Part shown: positions 38,574-51,447 of the stretch, piece after piece
Position numbering within the stretch: position 1 is the stretch's first letter
Layout: every line of letters starts with the position of its first letter
NCBI GenBank assembly: GCA_963741205.1
Contig: CAVUHW010000018.1
Span: forward strand, 132,184-196,183
Direction: 5' to 3'
Length of the DNA: 64,000 nt
Origin: Nitrospirota bacterium
GTDB taxonomy: Bacteria; Nitrospirota; UBA9217
Notes under the pieces: model-generated
Database searches by the model: none
What the model saw: the letters and a program-made list of their open reading frames with translations, nothing else
What the model was told of the DNA's origin: nothing
Position numbers and translations under genes: made by a program

Positions 38574-38655
38574 TGTCATTCCCGCGAAAGCGGGAATCCA
38601 TTTTGAAGTTTGTCGAGTAAAAAGCCAATGGATACCTGCTTCCGCAGGTATGACA
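38574..38655. repeat. REP doublet
   Basis: TGTCATTCCCGCGAAAGCGGGAATCCA ... TGGATACCTGCTTCCGCAGGTATGACA. Confidence 0.85.
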
Positions 38656-38690
38656 AGCTTGATTAAAGTGATTTATTTAACGGAGAAACC

Positions 38691-39708
38691 ATGAACAGCC
38701 TGGAACGGGTCATAGCAGCCGTCAAGTTTCAGGAGACCGACCGGACGCCGGTCATCGCGCAGGTATTCGGCCATGCCGCAACGTTCTCCGGCGCGTCCGT
38801 GGATGACTACGTGCGGGACGGTGAGACCCTCGCCCAATGCCAGTTGAACGCATGGAAACACTATGGCTATGACGCCGTCTTCTCGGTGATGGATGCCAGC
38901 GTGGAGACCGAAGCCGTCGGGTCGGCCCTGCACATACCGCAAGAACCAGTATCCGACGATCGAACGGTATGCGCTCTTACGGGCGGGCGATTTGAAAACG
39001 CTGTCTCTTCCCGATCCTCGGCAGGCGGGACGCATGCCGGAGATGCTGAAGGCCCTCGGGATCCTCAGACGAGAGCTTGGGAATGAAGTTCTGATCGTGG
39101 GCTGCGTCACGGGCCCCTTCACGCTCACCGCCCAATTGCTCGGGCTGGAAACCGCACTTTACCTGGCGATCGATGACTCCCCGCAGCTGGAGCAGGTAAT
39201 GGATTTTGCGACCGAGGTCCTCATCCGATTTGGTCTGGCCCAAATCGAGGCCGGCGCTCATTTGCCGATCGTTTTCAATCCGGCCGCCTCTCCCGCCGTA
39301 ATTCCGCCGCCGTTTTTCCGGGAGTTCGAACTCCCCCGGCTGCGGCGGCTCTTCCAGGCGATGGCGGCGTCAGGCGCAGTCGCGAACTGGCTCCATATCG
39401 CCGGGCCCGCGGGCCCGATCCTGCCCTATTACCCGAGGGCCGGGGTCCATATCGCGAATTTTGACTACAACGTAAGCGTGTCGGATGCAGGAAGCCGCCT
39501 TCCAACCACCTGTCTTGACGGCAATATCAAGTCGCTTTCCTTTATCGAGGCAAGTCCCGCGGACATCGAAGCGGAATCCGCGGACCTTCTGCGCTCATTC
39601 CGCGACCGTGGAGGCTTTATCCTTTCGTCGGGATGCGAGATACCGCCCGAAGCCCGGCCGGAGAACATCGCCGCGATGGTGGAGGCGGCGCGGAGGAACG
39701 AGGGATGA
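38691..39708 (+). CDS. UroD/MtaA-family methylcobalamin methyltransferase-like protein (one frameshift)
   Basis: MNSLERV..DRTPV, VETEAVG, GPFT, WLHIAG, GNI, GFILSSGCEIP. Confidence 0.85.
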
Positions 39709-39711
39709 GTG

Positions 39712-39822
39712 ACCCATCGCCCTCTGAGTCTCCCCCTTGAAGGGGGAGAATGTTATCAGTCCCTCCCCTTCAAGGGGAGCGTTAGAGTCGTCCTCGAATG
39801 ATTTAATCGGGGGTGGGGATCG
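39712..39822. repeat. CCCCTTGAAGGGG palindromic repeat pair
   Basis: TCTCCCCCTTGAAGGGGGAGA ... CTCCCCTTCAAGGGGAG. Confidence 0.7.
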
Positions 39823-39847
39823 GTTTATTGCGGCTGGAGGCCGCACT

Positions 39848-41483
39848 ATGCCTAAGCTTATCGTAAATACCAGCAGCGGGGTCCGCGAGGTCCCCTTTTC
39901 TCCCGGGCCTTCCGTGCGGGAGATCCTCGATGCCGCGGGCGTTGTGATCCGTTCCGGCTGCCGGGGCAACGGGGCCTGCGGCCTCTGTCTCGTTCGGGTC
40001 GAATCGGGAGACGCCAACGGGCCGACGAAAAACGAGCTTCTTCTGTTGACGTCGGAGCCTTTCGAGCGGAATACCCGCCTCGCCTGTCAACTGCGGCCGG
40101 TAACCGATCTTGGCGTGCGGATCATCGACACGCCTTCGAACGACGAACAAACGGCGAATGCTGCTCGCTATGACAAGCCGCAGATGTTCAACGCCTTCAT
40201 CAAGTCGGTCCAGTACCTTGTCCGACTCAAGACGCAGCAGGACGTCTGGGACCACCTGGGGAAGTTCATCAAGACCTACTTTCCCGCGGACTGGACGGCC
40301 TTCGCAGAGAGAGGCGCTGACCGGGAAATCTCGATCCATCGCTGTACGCTGCCCGACGAAGCTGCCGCCCTGCGCGTCCTTACGGATGATGTCCGGACCG
40401 TCATTGCGGACGTACTGGACAGCGGCTTTCTGGCGTCGCGGGTGATACTCACCCCCTCCCCTTCGATGACGGCTTTTCTTCCCATCGTAGAAGAATACCA
40501 TGCGAAAAAAGTCATGCTGATCGGCCACAGGGGCGCCCTGCCGATTCCGAACGAATTGCTGAACATCTATCTTGCGCTCGCCGGCCTGGCGGGGACGACG
40601 TTCGAGCGATTGCAGAGCGAATATGAGTTGAACAGACATCGGGCGAACCTTGAGGAGCTGGTGAAAGAGCAAACCGCCGGGCTCGAAGCTGCCAACAAGG
40701 AACTGGAGGCCTTCGCGTATTCCGTGTCCCACGATTTGAGGGCCCCGCTCCGGAGCATCGACGGCTTCAGCCGCTTGCTTATGGAAGACTATGCGGACAA
40801 GCTCGATGACGACGGCAAGGACTACCTCCGGCGCGTGCGCGACTCTGCCGGGAAGATGGAGCAGCTTATCAAGGCGCTTTTGGACCTCTCCCGCCTGTCG
40901 CGCGGGGAACTCAGGCGCGTCGTGACGGATCTGAGTGCGCTGGCGCGTAGCGTGGCGGATGAACTGAGAAGGTCGGAACCCGGCAGGCATGTGGAGTTTG
41001 TCGCGGCCGAGGGAGTATCGGCCGAGGTCGACCCCATCATGCTCAGGGCGGTTTTCGAGAACCTAATCGGGAACGCCTGGAAGTTTACGGCAAAGCAGGA
41101 AACGGCGCGGATCGAATTCGGAGTCACGGAAATGCGGAGTGCGGATTGTACCCTGCACTCGCGCGATGCACTCGTAAGCGCGGGCATAAACGCATTGCGG
41201 AATGATGACCACGCCTCTCCTTCATCCTCTCCCCTGAGGGGAGAGGGTAGGGTGAGGGGGCAATCCGAAATCAGTATATTTCGTCCGGGACAACGGAGCA
41301 GGGTTCGACCCTGCCTGCGCGCCTCAGCTGTTCGTGGCCTTTCAGCGGCTGCATGACAATTCGGAATTTCCCGGCATCGGCATCGGCCTGGCCACGGTCC
41401 AGCGCATCATCCACCGCCACGGCGGCTCGATCTGGGCCGAGGGAGAGGTCGGCAAAGGGGCTGTTTTTTATTTCACGCTGTAA
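39848..41483 (+). CDS. 2Fe-2S ferredoxin / GAF-like / histidine kinase fusion (C-terminus frameshifted)
   Basis: [11 protein letters not shown]...RLACQ, in frame with [11 protein letters not shown] and NLIGNAWKF; G-boxes in a shifted frame ending TAA 41483. Confidence 0.85.
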
Positions 41484-41576
41484 AAACCGCTACGGGTTCC
41501 GGGTTGCGAGTTACGGGTTTTCGACTCTCAACACGAAACTCGCAACCAGAAACTCGAAACCTGAGACGGAGCAACC

Positions 41577-43451
41577 GTGTCCATAAGAACAAAACTTATC
41601 ATTCTGCTCCTTGCCTTCACCGGCATTCCCCTGTTCGTCTTCGGAACGTTTCTGTTTACGAAGGCCAGGTCTGAGCTGGAAACCGTCCGGATCGCGCAGC
41701 TGAACAACATCGCGGACCTGAAAAAGGACAAGATCGAGACGTTCTTCATTGAACGGAAAGGCGATCTCAGGACCGCGCAGCGCATTGAGAGCATCATCCG
41801 GAACCTGCCAATGCTGAACAAGGCAATGACCGACAGGCAAGACCCCGCGTATCTGCGCGCAAAAGAAGAGTTGGACGACAGGTTGAGGCCCTATCAGGAT
41901 GCCTACGGGTATGTCGATATTACGCTTGCCGACGCACAGGGGAGGATCGTGTACAGCCGCAACGACGCGCGCGGCGCAATGAAGTTAGGAACGATCGTGG
42001 GAGACAGAAAGTCTTTCGCCGAAGGGAAAAAAGATATTTACTTCAGCGATGTCTATTTTGACAAAGACGTGGACATGCGTTTCGAAATGCTCGGGGTGGC
42101 CCCGATCAAAGACAGAGGAGGGAATTTTATCGGAGAAATCGTCATTGAGATGGATATGGGGCCCATATACAAATTCATTCGGGAAACGACCGGGCTGGGC
42201 GTGACCGGAGAAGCATTGATCGTCCGGAGGGATGGAAACGAGGTGTTGTTTCTCAGTCCCCTTCGCCATTTCCCCGATGCCGCGTTAAAAAGAAGAGCTC
42301 CCTTAAACAACAAAATCGCGCTGGCTGCGCAAAAGGCCGCTCTGGGCGAGACCGGATCAGGGCTTACCTATGATTACCACGGCACGGAGGTGCTGGCAGC
42401 CTGGCGATACCTCCCTTCCCTGCGGTGGGGGCTCGTGACAAAAATCGACACGGTGGAGGCCTTCGCTCCGGTGCGTCAATTGCAAACGATCGTCATTTCG
42501 GCCGGGGCCTTCATCGTGCTCATCGGAGTGTTTGCGGCCCTGGTCGTGGCCGGAACGGTCACGCGCCCGGTCCATGAACTGCAAAAAGGCGCCGAGGCCG
42601 TTGCCGCGGGCGATTTGAACCACCGGGTGGGGACGCGCTCCCATGACGAGATCGGCCGCCTCTCACGGTCCTTCGACGCGATGACGGACGCCCTCAGGCG
42701 AGACATCGCCATCCGGGAAAAAGCCGAGGAAGAGGTCAGGACATTGAACGCTCATCTTGAACACCATATCCGCCAGCTCGAGGAGTCCAACCGCGAGCTG
42801 GAGGCGTTCAGCTATTCCGTTTCCCACGATCTGCGGTCTCCGCTCCGGAGCATCGACGGGTTCAGTCTCGCCCTTCTCGAAGACTATGCCGACAAGCTGG
42901 ACGACTGAAGGCAAGGACTACCTCGCCCGCGTCCGCGGCGCAACGCAGCGCATGGGGCAGCTCATCGACGACCTGCTGAAACTCTCCCGCCTGGCCCGGA
43001 TGGAAATGAAACGCGAACAGGTGGACCTGAGCGCCATGGCGTCCGATATCGCATCGCGGCTCCGGCACAACCATCCGGAACGGCCGGCGGAGTTCATCAT
43101 CGCCGGCGGGCTCACGGCCTCGGGCGACGAGCGCCTCCTGACTGTTGCGCTGAAAATCTTTTCGCCAACGCGTGGAAATTTAGTGAAAAGACCCCCCGTA
43201 CTGTGATAGAATTTGGGGTGACCGATGCCCGGGGAGTACCGGCATTTTTCGTAAAAGACAACGGCGCCGGCTTCGATATGGCCTATGCGAACAAGCTGTT
43301 CAACCCCTTCCAGCGGCTTCACCAGGCTGCAGAATTCTCCGGCACCGGCATCGGCCTTGCAACGGTCAAGCGCATCATCAGCCGCCATGGAGGCCGGGTC
43401 TGGATTGAAGGGGCGGTGGGAAAAGGAACGACGGTGTATTTTACGCTGTGA
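41577..43451 (+). CDS. Cache-HAMP sensor histidine kinase (frameshifted)
   Basis: TM, periplasmic dCache-like domain ([12 protein letters not shown]), TM, HAMP ([13 protein letters not shown]), [15 protein letters not shown]. Confidence 0.9.
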
Positions 43452-43583
43452 AAAACAGTTGCGGGTTCGGGTCCAGGGTTATCGGTGTTCAATCGTCGCT
43501 GAACACGACGAATCCGATATTTGAACTTGAACCTGCAAGACGCAACGACTCGCAACTCGCAACTTTTAGAAGAAGGAGACCTC

Positions 43584-44015
43584 ATGAAAACCAAGATAAT
43601 TCTGCTGGCCGAAGACAACCCCGATGACGTGACACTGACGCAGCGGGCGCTCAAGAAGAGCAAAATTTTAAACGAGGTGGTCGTGGCGCAGGACGGGGTC
43701 GAGGCCGTGGACTACCTGTTCGGCACCGGAAAGTTCGCGGGCCGGGACACAAAAGTCCTGCCCCAGGTGGTCTTGCTGGACCTGAAGATGCCCCGCATGG
43801 ACGGGCTCGAAGTCCTGCAGCGCATCCGAGCCGATGAGAGGACGAAACTTCTTCCGGTGGTAATCCTCACCACGTCGAGCGAGGACAAAGACCGCATCGA
43901 GAGCTACAAACTGGGCGCCAACAGCTATATCCGCAAGCCGGTGGACTTCGACCAGTTCGTGCACGCCGTGCAGAGCCTGGGGCTGTACTGGCTGGTGTTG
44001 AACGAAGCGCCGTAA
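43584..44015 (+). CDS. Single-domain response regulator (Rcp1-like)
   Basis: [31 protein letters not shown]. Confidence 0.93.
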   Translation: MKTKIILLAEDNPDDVTLTQRALKKSKILNEVVVAQDGVEAVDYLFGTGKFAGRDTKVLPQVVLLDLKMPRMDGLEVLQRIRADERTKLLPVVILTTSSEDKDRIESYKLGANSYIRKPVDFDQFVHAVQSLGLYWLVLNEAP

Positions 44016-44115
44016 TCAAAACGGTTGCACGTTGCGAGTTCACGTAATTACCAGACTCTGACATCGTTTTCATACTCTGCAGACTGAAGCTGCAACCGTA
44101 ACTCTGAATCTTCCT

Positions 44116-47100
44116 ATGTCCAAACCCTTAAACATCCTGATCGTCGAAGATTCTGAAGACGACGCCCTCCTGCTGACTCCGGGAACTGAGGCGGGGCGGC
44201 TATGAACCCGCGTCCGAGCGCGTCGACACGCGCGAGGACATGAAGGCGGCCCTCGAACGGCGGCAATGGGACCTCATCATCTCTGACTACATCATGCCCA
44301 AGTTCAGCGGCATCGCCGCCCTCGAGGTCCTCAAGGAAAGCGGGGCCGACCTGCCGTTCATCATCGTCTCAGGCAACATCGGCGAAGACATCGCCGTCGG
44401 CGCCATGAAGGCGGGCGCCCACGATTATATCATCAAGGGGAAGCTCGCAAGGCTCATCCCCGCCGTGGACCGGGAACTGCGCGAAGCCGCTGACCGCCGG
44501 GAACGAAGGCGGGCCGAGGAGGCGTTCTGGATCGAGCAGAATTTCCGCAGAACGATCGAGGACTCCATCCTCGTCGGCATAGCGGCCGTCGATCTTTCCG
44601 GAAAGTTGTTTTACGCAAACCAGGCGCTGTGCGACATGGTGGGTTGGAGCAGGGAAGAGCTCGAGGGTTCCGTGCCGCCCCTTCCCTTTTGGCCCCCGGA
44701 ATCCGTTGATGAGCTCGCGAAGGTTCATGACCTGGCGTACAGCGGGGCGATGCCGAAGGGCGGCCACGAACTCAGGCTCATGAAGAAGGGCGGGGAGCGC
44801 TTCGATACGCTATGCGTCATCTCGCCCCTGCGCGACAACGAAGGAAAACCGTCGGCGTGGCTCTCGACGTTCCACGACATCACGGAGCGCAAGAAGGCGG
44901 CGCGGCGCACGGAAGTGACCAACGCCCTGCTCAATCTCTTCACCCAGAAATTCACGCGCAAGGAGTATCTCGACGCGGCCTGCGGCCTGATCCGCAGCTG
45001 GACCGGGTGCCGCCATGCGGGCATCCGGATCGTGGACCGGACCGGAACATCCCTTTCGAGTCCTGCGAGGGCTACGACGAGGCGTTCCTGCACAGGAACG
45101 CATGGTATCGCTGCATCAAGGACCAGTGCATCTGCACGCGGGTCGTGGCGGGGACCCCGGACGGCGTCCGGACCTCTGCGCGATGACGGCCGCGCGGCTC
45201 GTTCTACTCCTAACGATACGGCGGGATTCATGGACGACCTCACCGGCGAGCAGAGGAAGCAGTACCGCGGCGCTCTGCATGCGGACGGGATATCAATCGC
45301 TCGCCGTCGTCCCGATCCGTTACCGGGAAAGCCCGCTCGGGGCCATCCATATCGCCGACGAGCGGCAGGGCATGCTTCCCGGGACAGCGTGGAGTTCCTC
45401 GAGCAGCTTGCGTTCATCATCGGCGAGGCCATTTTCCGGTTCGGCATCGAGGAAGAACTCCGGAAGAATTACGACGATCTCCAGAAGACGAGCGGAGCTG
45501 CTGGAGAGGATATTCTCCACCACGCACATGCTCGTGGCCTACCTGGACAGGGACTTCGAACTTCATCCGCGTGAACCGCGCCTACGCCGCGGACGAGGGG
45601 CTCGATCCCGAGTACTTCGCCGGCAAGAACTATTTCAAGGTCTACCCCGACGAAGAGCTGGAGCCGGTCTTCCGGAAGGTCGTGGAAACCGGGGAGCCCT
45701 ATTTCGCCTTCGAACAGGCCTTCGAGCAGACGGAGCGGTTCGGCCAGGAGGTGACGTACTGGGACTGGAGCCTGCTTCCGGTCAAGGAAGCCGACGGGAA
45801 GATCGTGGGGCTGGTCTTGACGCTCATCGACGTCACCGGCCGGAAAAAGGCCGAAGAGGAACTGAGGCGCGCGAACGCCTATAACCGGAGCCTGATCGAG
45901 GCGGGCCTGGACCCGCTGGTGACCATCGGACCCGACGGGAAGATCACCGACGTCAATGCCGCCACCGAAGCGGCGACGGGCCGAGTCGCGGAACGACCTG
46001 ATCGGCACCGACTTCTCCGACTATTTCACTGAACCCGAAAGGGCCCGATCCGTCTACCAGCAGGTCTTCCGGGAAGGCTCGGTCAGGGACTTCGCCCTGG
46101 AGATACGCCGCGCGACGGCTGCATCAACGCCGGTGCTGTACAACGCGTCGGTGTACCGCGACGAGGCCGGACAGGTGCTCGGCGTCTTCGCGGTGGCCCG
46201 CGACATCACCGAGCTGAAAAAGGCCGAAAAGGAGCGGGCGCGGCTGGCAAGCGCGGTGGAATCCACGGCCGAAGGCGTGGTCATCACCGATCCGAAGACG
46301 GGAGAAATCCAATACGTAAACTCCGCATTCGAACAGATAACCGGGTATACTAAGGAAGAGGCCGTCGGAGCACCCTTCATATCCTGGACAGCGGCAGGCA
46401 CGACGAAGAGTTCTACCGCGAAGCTCCGGGAGACGCTCAGGCGCGACGGCGTCTGGCGGGGGCGGCTCATCAACAGGAAAAAGGACGGCTCCCTGTATTT
46501 CGAAGACAGCACGTTCTCGCCCGGTCAGGGACGAGGCGGGAGCGATCATCAATTATATCTCGGTCAAGCGCGACATCACGGAGAAACTCCGGCTCGAGTC
46601 CATCGCCGAGTCCGTGAACACCATGGACAACATCGGCTATGTCTTCTCCGGCGTCCGGCACGAGATCGGGAACCCCATCAACTCAGCCAAGATGAGCCTG
46701 TCCGTGCTGCAGCACAAGCTGGACACCGCCTCGAAGGAGACGATCCGGGACTACGTCGACCGCGCCATGGGCGAGATCGGCCGGGTGGAGCAGCTCCTGA
46801 AAAGCCTCAGGAACTACAACCTGTATGAAAAACAGGAACAAGAGAACCTGAACATCGCGGACTTCCTGGAAAAGTTTCTGCTCCTCGTTACCGAGGATTT
46901 CGGGAAAAAAGGAATCGCCATCAGGCGCGAAGTAAAAGCCGACTCGCTGAAAATCGTGGCGGACCCGCGGGCGCTTCAGCAGGTCCTGCTGAACATATGA
47001 CCAATGCGGCGGACGCCCTCGCCGGACGGACCAACCCCGAAATCGTCATTTCGGTTTCGAAAAAATCCGGGCGCATCCTCCTGCTGATCGCGGACAACGG

Positions 47101-47296
47101 CTGCGGCATGACGGAAAAACAGCAGCAGGACATGTTCAAGCCTTTTTACACCTCGAAACCGCATGGGACGGGACTCGGGCTGGTGATCGTCAAAAAAATG
47201 CTGACCAGGATGGACAGCGACATCGACATCACAAGCGCGCTCGACCGGGGCACGACCGTAACCATTTATCTGCCGGAGGGACAGGATGCCGCCTAA
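44116..47296 (+). CDS. Hybrid REC-PAS-GAF-PAS histidine kinase, NtrB-type (multiple frameshifts)
   Basis: N-terminal REC, several [34 protein letters not shown]. Confidence 0.88.
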
Positions 47297-48643
47297 GGGG
47301 AAAAAAACGCTTCTGGTCATCGACGACGAAAAGGTGTTTTGCAATAACGTGCGAGACTACCTCGAGAGCGACCGGCTGGAGGTGCTCACCGCGAATACAG
47401 GCGCGGAAGGGCTCTCCGTATGCGCGAGCAGGAAGGTCGATGTCGTGCTCCTGGACCAGAAGCTCCCCGACGGGGAGGGGCATGCCCTCGCCCCCGCGAT
47501 CCTCGAAAAGAACGAACAGGCCAAGATCATTTTCATTACCGCCTTTCCGAGCTTCGAAAACGCCGTCGCCGCGGTGCGCCTCGGCGCCCACGACTACCTG
47601 TCCAAGCCCTTCGACATCGACGAACTCAAGCTCACGGTCGAGAACACGCTCAGGACCCTCGACCTGGAACGGGTCGAGCAGATCCAGATCTACGCCCGCA
47701 ACAAGGACCGCGAGGCTTCGGTCGTCGTCGGCGACAGCGCCGGCTTTGCCGACGTCGTCAGGCTCGTCGAGTCGGCGTCGGTCATGGACGCGCCGGTCCT
47801 GATCACCGGCGAAACCGGCACCGGCAAAAACCTCATCGCCAAGACCATCCATTACCGGGGCCCCCTGGCGCAGGCGGCCTTCGTCAGCATCAACTGCGCG
47901 GCCCTTCCGGAAAACCTTATCGAGGCGGAGCTCTTCGGCCATGAAAAAGGCGCCTTCACGGGCGCGATCAGGCGCCAAGAAAGGCCTGTTCGAGATGGCC
48001 GAGGGCGGCACGATCTTCCTCGACGAAATCGGCGACATGCCCCTCCACCTCCAGACGAAACTCCTCTCCGTCCTGGAAGACAAGACCCTCCGCAGGATCG
48101 GCAGCACGGCCATCACTCCGGTGAACGTCCGCATCATCGCCGCGACGAACGCCGATCTGGAAAATGCGCTGGGCAAGACCTTCCGCAAGGACCTGTATTA
48201 CCGCCTGAGCGTGGTCCGCATCCACATCCCGCCGCTCAGGGAGCACCGCGAGGACATTCCCGCGCTTTGCGGTTACCTGCTCTCGCAGATCGCGAAGGGC
48301 CGGGGCGTCGAGATCCCCGATACCGAGCTCGCGAAGCTCAAGGAATACGAACTGGCCTGGAAACGTCCGGGAGCTGCGCAATATCCTGGAGCGCGCCTTG
48401 TTCCTGCAGAAGGGCTCCCTCCTCGAGCCGTCCCGGCTGATCGAGAAGCCGTCGGTCGCGGCCAGAACGGCGCCGCAGGCGTTTTCATCGCCGGCCGAGG
48501 TCAAATCCCTCGCGCAGGCGGAACAGGAATTCATTCAATGCGCCCTTTCCGCGCTTTCCGGCAATCTGACGCAGACCGCAAAGGCCCTTGGCATCTCCAT
48601 ATCTACTCTCAAGAGAAAGCTCAAGGAATACGGTTTAAAATAG
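47286..48643 (+). CDS. Sigma54-dependent Fis-family response regulator (frameshifted)
   Basis: [48 protein letters not shown]. Confidence 0.92.
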
Positions 48644-48752
48644 GCGGCCCATTCAAAATGAGCAATCCAGAATAGCCGCATTTCCCCCACTTCGCTTGCG
48701 CAGTCCCGCGCAACTCTTTGTTTTTTCAATGCCATTATCCGCATTAATCTTT

Positions 48753-48768
48753 TGGCACATCCTTTGCT
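48753..48768 (+). promoter_or_regulatory. Sigma54 (-24/-12) promoter
   Basis: Consensus match TGGCAC-ATCCT-TTGCT, intergenic. Confidence 0.8.
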
Positions 48769-48782
48769 CTATTAAGAGCATC

Positions 48783-49157
48783 ATGCAGGCCAAAGTAAAT
48801 ATAGATGTGCTCTTAATCGATGACGAAACCCCTTTTCTCAATGACTTGGCCGAAGGTCTGCGCCTGAATTCCCGGCGGCTGCAGATTGTCACCGCGAACA
48901 CCGCGGAAAAGGCCCTCGAGATGTTGAAAACCTGCAAGTTTGACGTTGTGGTGACCGACCTCAACATGCCCGGTATGGACGGGTACCGGCTGCTTGCGGA
49001 AGTGGAGAAATGTCATCCCGGGACGCCTGTGATCATCATGTCGGCCTATTCAAAAAGCTCCGTGGAGGACCGGCTGGATGGACTGCGCTTTACCGGCTAT
49101 CTCGAGAAACCGCTGGACCTCCGGGAAATCACCGAAACGATATTGTCCGCGGGCTGA
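48783..49157 (+). CDS. Single-domain response regulator
   Basis: LLIDDE, VTDLNMPGMDG, IMSA, EKP. Confidence 0.9.
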   Translation: MQAKVNIDVLLIDDETPFLNDLAEGLRLNSRRLQIVTANTAEKALEMLKTCKFDVVVTDLNMPGMDGYRLLAEVEKCHPGTPVIIMSAYSKSSVEDRLDGLRFTGYLEKPLDLREITETILSAG

Positions 49158-49284
49158 CCCTTGCACAAGGGACTGGCCTGGAAGGCCGAACCGAGAAGGC
49201 TGGATGATTAAAACAACGAACCTACTCAGGTAAACCTGGACCTCGAACCCCAACATTCATAATGCATAATCTTAGGGAGGCGGC

Positions 49285-50277
49285 ATGATTACCGATTCAG
49301 CTATGATCTACGACGAAGAAGCGGTACAGGATCCGTTATTAGATGATACCTGGGACAACGGCCATTATGACGAGAAGACGGCGGCCGGCACGCAGAAGGA
49401 CACCGGCGGCTTCCGGACAAAACAGCAAGCGAGGAGACTGCCTCGTCCGATCTGGACACGATCAAGCTGTACCTGAAGGAGATCCGGAAATCATCGCTTC
49501 TCACCTTCGCGGAAGAGCAGGCCCTGGCGAAACGCAGCCAGGAGGGGGACGCCGGAGGCCCGGGCAAAAATGATCGAGTCCAACCTGCGGCTCGTCGTGG
49601 CCATCGGCAAGCGGTACATCAACAGGGGCCTCCCCTTCTCCGACATCATCGAGGAGGGAAATCTCGGGCTGATCCGGGCGGTCGAAAAGTTCGAATACAA
49701 GCGGGGCTTCAAGTTCAGCACCTACGCTTCATGGTGGATCAGACAGTCCATCGAGCGCTCCATCGCAAACCAGGTGCGGATCATCCGGCTGCCCGTCCAT
49801 GTGGCGGAGCTGGCCAATTCCTATTCCCGCACGGTCCGGAAACTGACGCAGCTTCTCGGCCGCGACCCGTCGCCCGAGGAGATCGCAAAAAAAATGAAGG
49901 TGAGCGTCAACCGGATCAGGGCGGTATCGCAGGTGACGCGGGAAACCTACTCCCTCGACATGCTGATCAGCGGGGAGGGCGACGACACGCTCAAAGACGT
50001 GCTCTCCGACGAAAACATGCCGGCCCCATCCAGCGCCACCGACGAACAGCGCCGGCGCGAATACCTCAATGAATGGATCGCGGGGCTCCCGGCGACCGAG
50101 CGCAGCGTTCTCGAGATGCGCTACGGCCTCAACAATCAGAATTCCCGGACCCTCGACAGCATCGGAAAACAGTTCGGCATCACGCGGGAGCGGGTGCGGC
50201 AGATCGAGAACCAGGCCATCCGCAAGCTCCGGAACTTCATGGAGGTCCGGAACATCGAATTGAGCGACATGCTGTAA
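49285..50277 (+). CDS. RpoD/RpoS-family (group 2-like) sigma70 factor (5' frameshifts)
   Basis: [46 protein letters not shown]; no region 1.1. Confidence 0.9.
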
Positions 50278-50380
50278 TGTAAACTACTCGGGTTGTCAGG
50301 TTCACGGTTCAACGTTCAAGGTTTTTAAAACCGTGCACCACTAAACCTTGAACCTGAAACGGGTCTCACTCATGCAAGCC

Positions 50381-50779
50381 ATGATGGAACAGCAAATACG
50401 CGAGACAAGCGGCAGGCCCCCGAAAAACGTACTGATCGTCGATGACGACGAGGGCTTCCGACTCGCCCTGGCGGAAGGGATCACGTTCATGGAGGGCGGC
50501 CTTTCCGTCCACACGGCAGAAAACGGCGAACAGGCCGTCGCCATCGTCAAGAACATGCCCGTGGACCTCGTAATCACGGACATCCGCATGCCCGCCATGG
50601 ACGGCGCGGAACTGGCCCTGTGGCTGATGGAAACGCGGCCTGCCCTGCCGGTCATCGTGATGAGCGCCTACGCCGAAAGCGGCACGGTCCGCGAAATAGC
50701 GGCCCAGGGAAATCATTTTCTCGACAAACCGCTCGATTTCAACCAGCTTATGAATATGATAAGGACCCTTCTCCACTGA
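50381..50779 (+). CDS. Single-domain response regulator
   Basis: LIVDDD, ITDIRMPAMDG, MSA, DKP. Confidence 0.9.
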   Translation: MMEQQIRETSGRPPKNVLIVDDDEGFRLALAEGITFMEGGLSVHTAENGEQAVAIVKNMPVDLVITDIRMPAMDGAELALWLMETRPALPVIVMSAYAESGTVREIAAQGNHFLDKPLDFNQLMNMIRTLLH

Positions 50780-50971
50780 TGCGACCAAGCCGGAACCAGA
50801 GTCTTGGCGCCGCGAAGACGCGGAGGACGCAGCGTTTTTTAAAGCTTAAAGCACCAAATTGAGTTTTTTTGCGCCATCCGCGCCTTCACGGTAATTTTCT
50901 CTTCAGCATCAGCTATAAATTTTCGATACGGACACGGTAAACGACTCATTTCCGATCCCCAAGGGTGCGTT

Positions 50972-51388
50972 ATGAACAATATTCTGCTCGTCGACGACAA
51001 CAAGTACGTTCTCGAGGCACTCACGCTGACCCTGAGCAGCTGTACGGGCGGCTGCAAGATTCTGAAGGCGAAGGACGGCCGGGAAGCCGCGGACATCCTG
51101 GACCGCTTGCCCGTGTCCGTGGTCCTGACGGACATCCAGATGCCGGTCATGAATGGCTATAAACTCATCGAACATAGAAATCGGTTCCATCCCTCCATTC
51201 CCCTCCTCGTCATGACCTCCGACCTCTCCCCCGAGGTCGTGGAGAAACTCCGGTCACTGGGTATCACGCGCTGCATAGAGAAGCCTTTTGATTACGAAGT
51301 GGTGACGCGCCTGATTCTGAATAATTTACTCCACCACCCTTCTCTCATTTCGCCCAGAGAAAACACGGTGCGGCTCGCGACCGTGTAG
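50972..51388 (+). CDS. Single-domain response regulator
   Basis: LLVDDN, LTDIQMPVMNG, EKPF. Confidence 0.9.
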   Translation: MNNILLVDDNKYVLEALTLTLSSCTGGCKILKAKDGREAADILDRLPVSVVLTDIQMPVMNGYKLIEHRNRFHPSIPLLVMTSDLSPEVVEKLRSLGITRCIEKPFDYEVVTRLILNNLLHHPSLISPRENTVRLATV

Positions 51389-51447
51389 GACGGACATTCG
51401 CGACCTGCTCGGTCCGGACATACGCTTGCGCGAAACTGGAGGCTTCA

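Noticed and set aside
42900-42910. In-frame TGA in the Cache kinase as possible selenocysteine
   Set aside because: The gene continues in a different frame (indel), the position is not a Cys site, and no SECIS is evident
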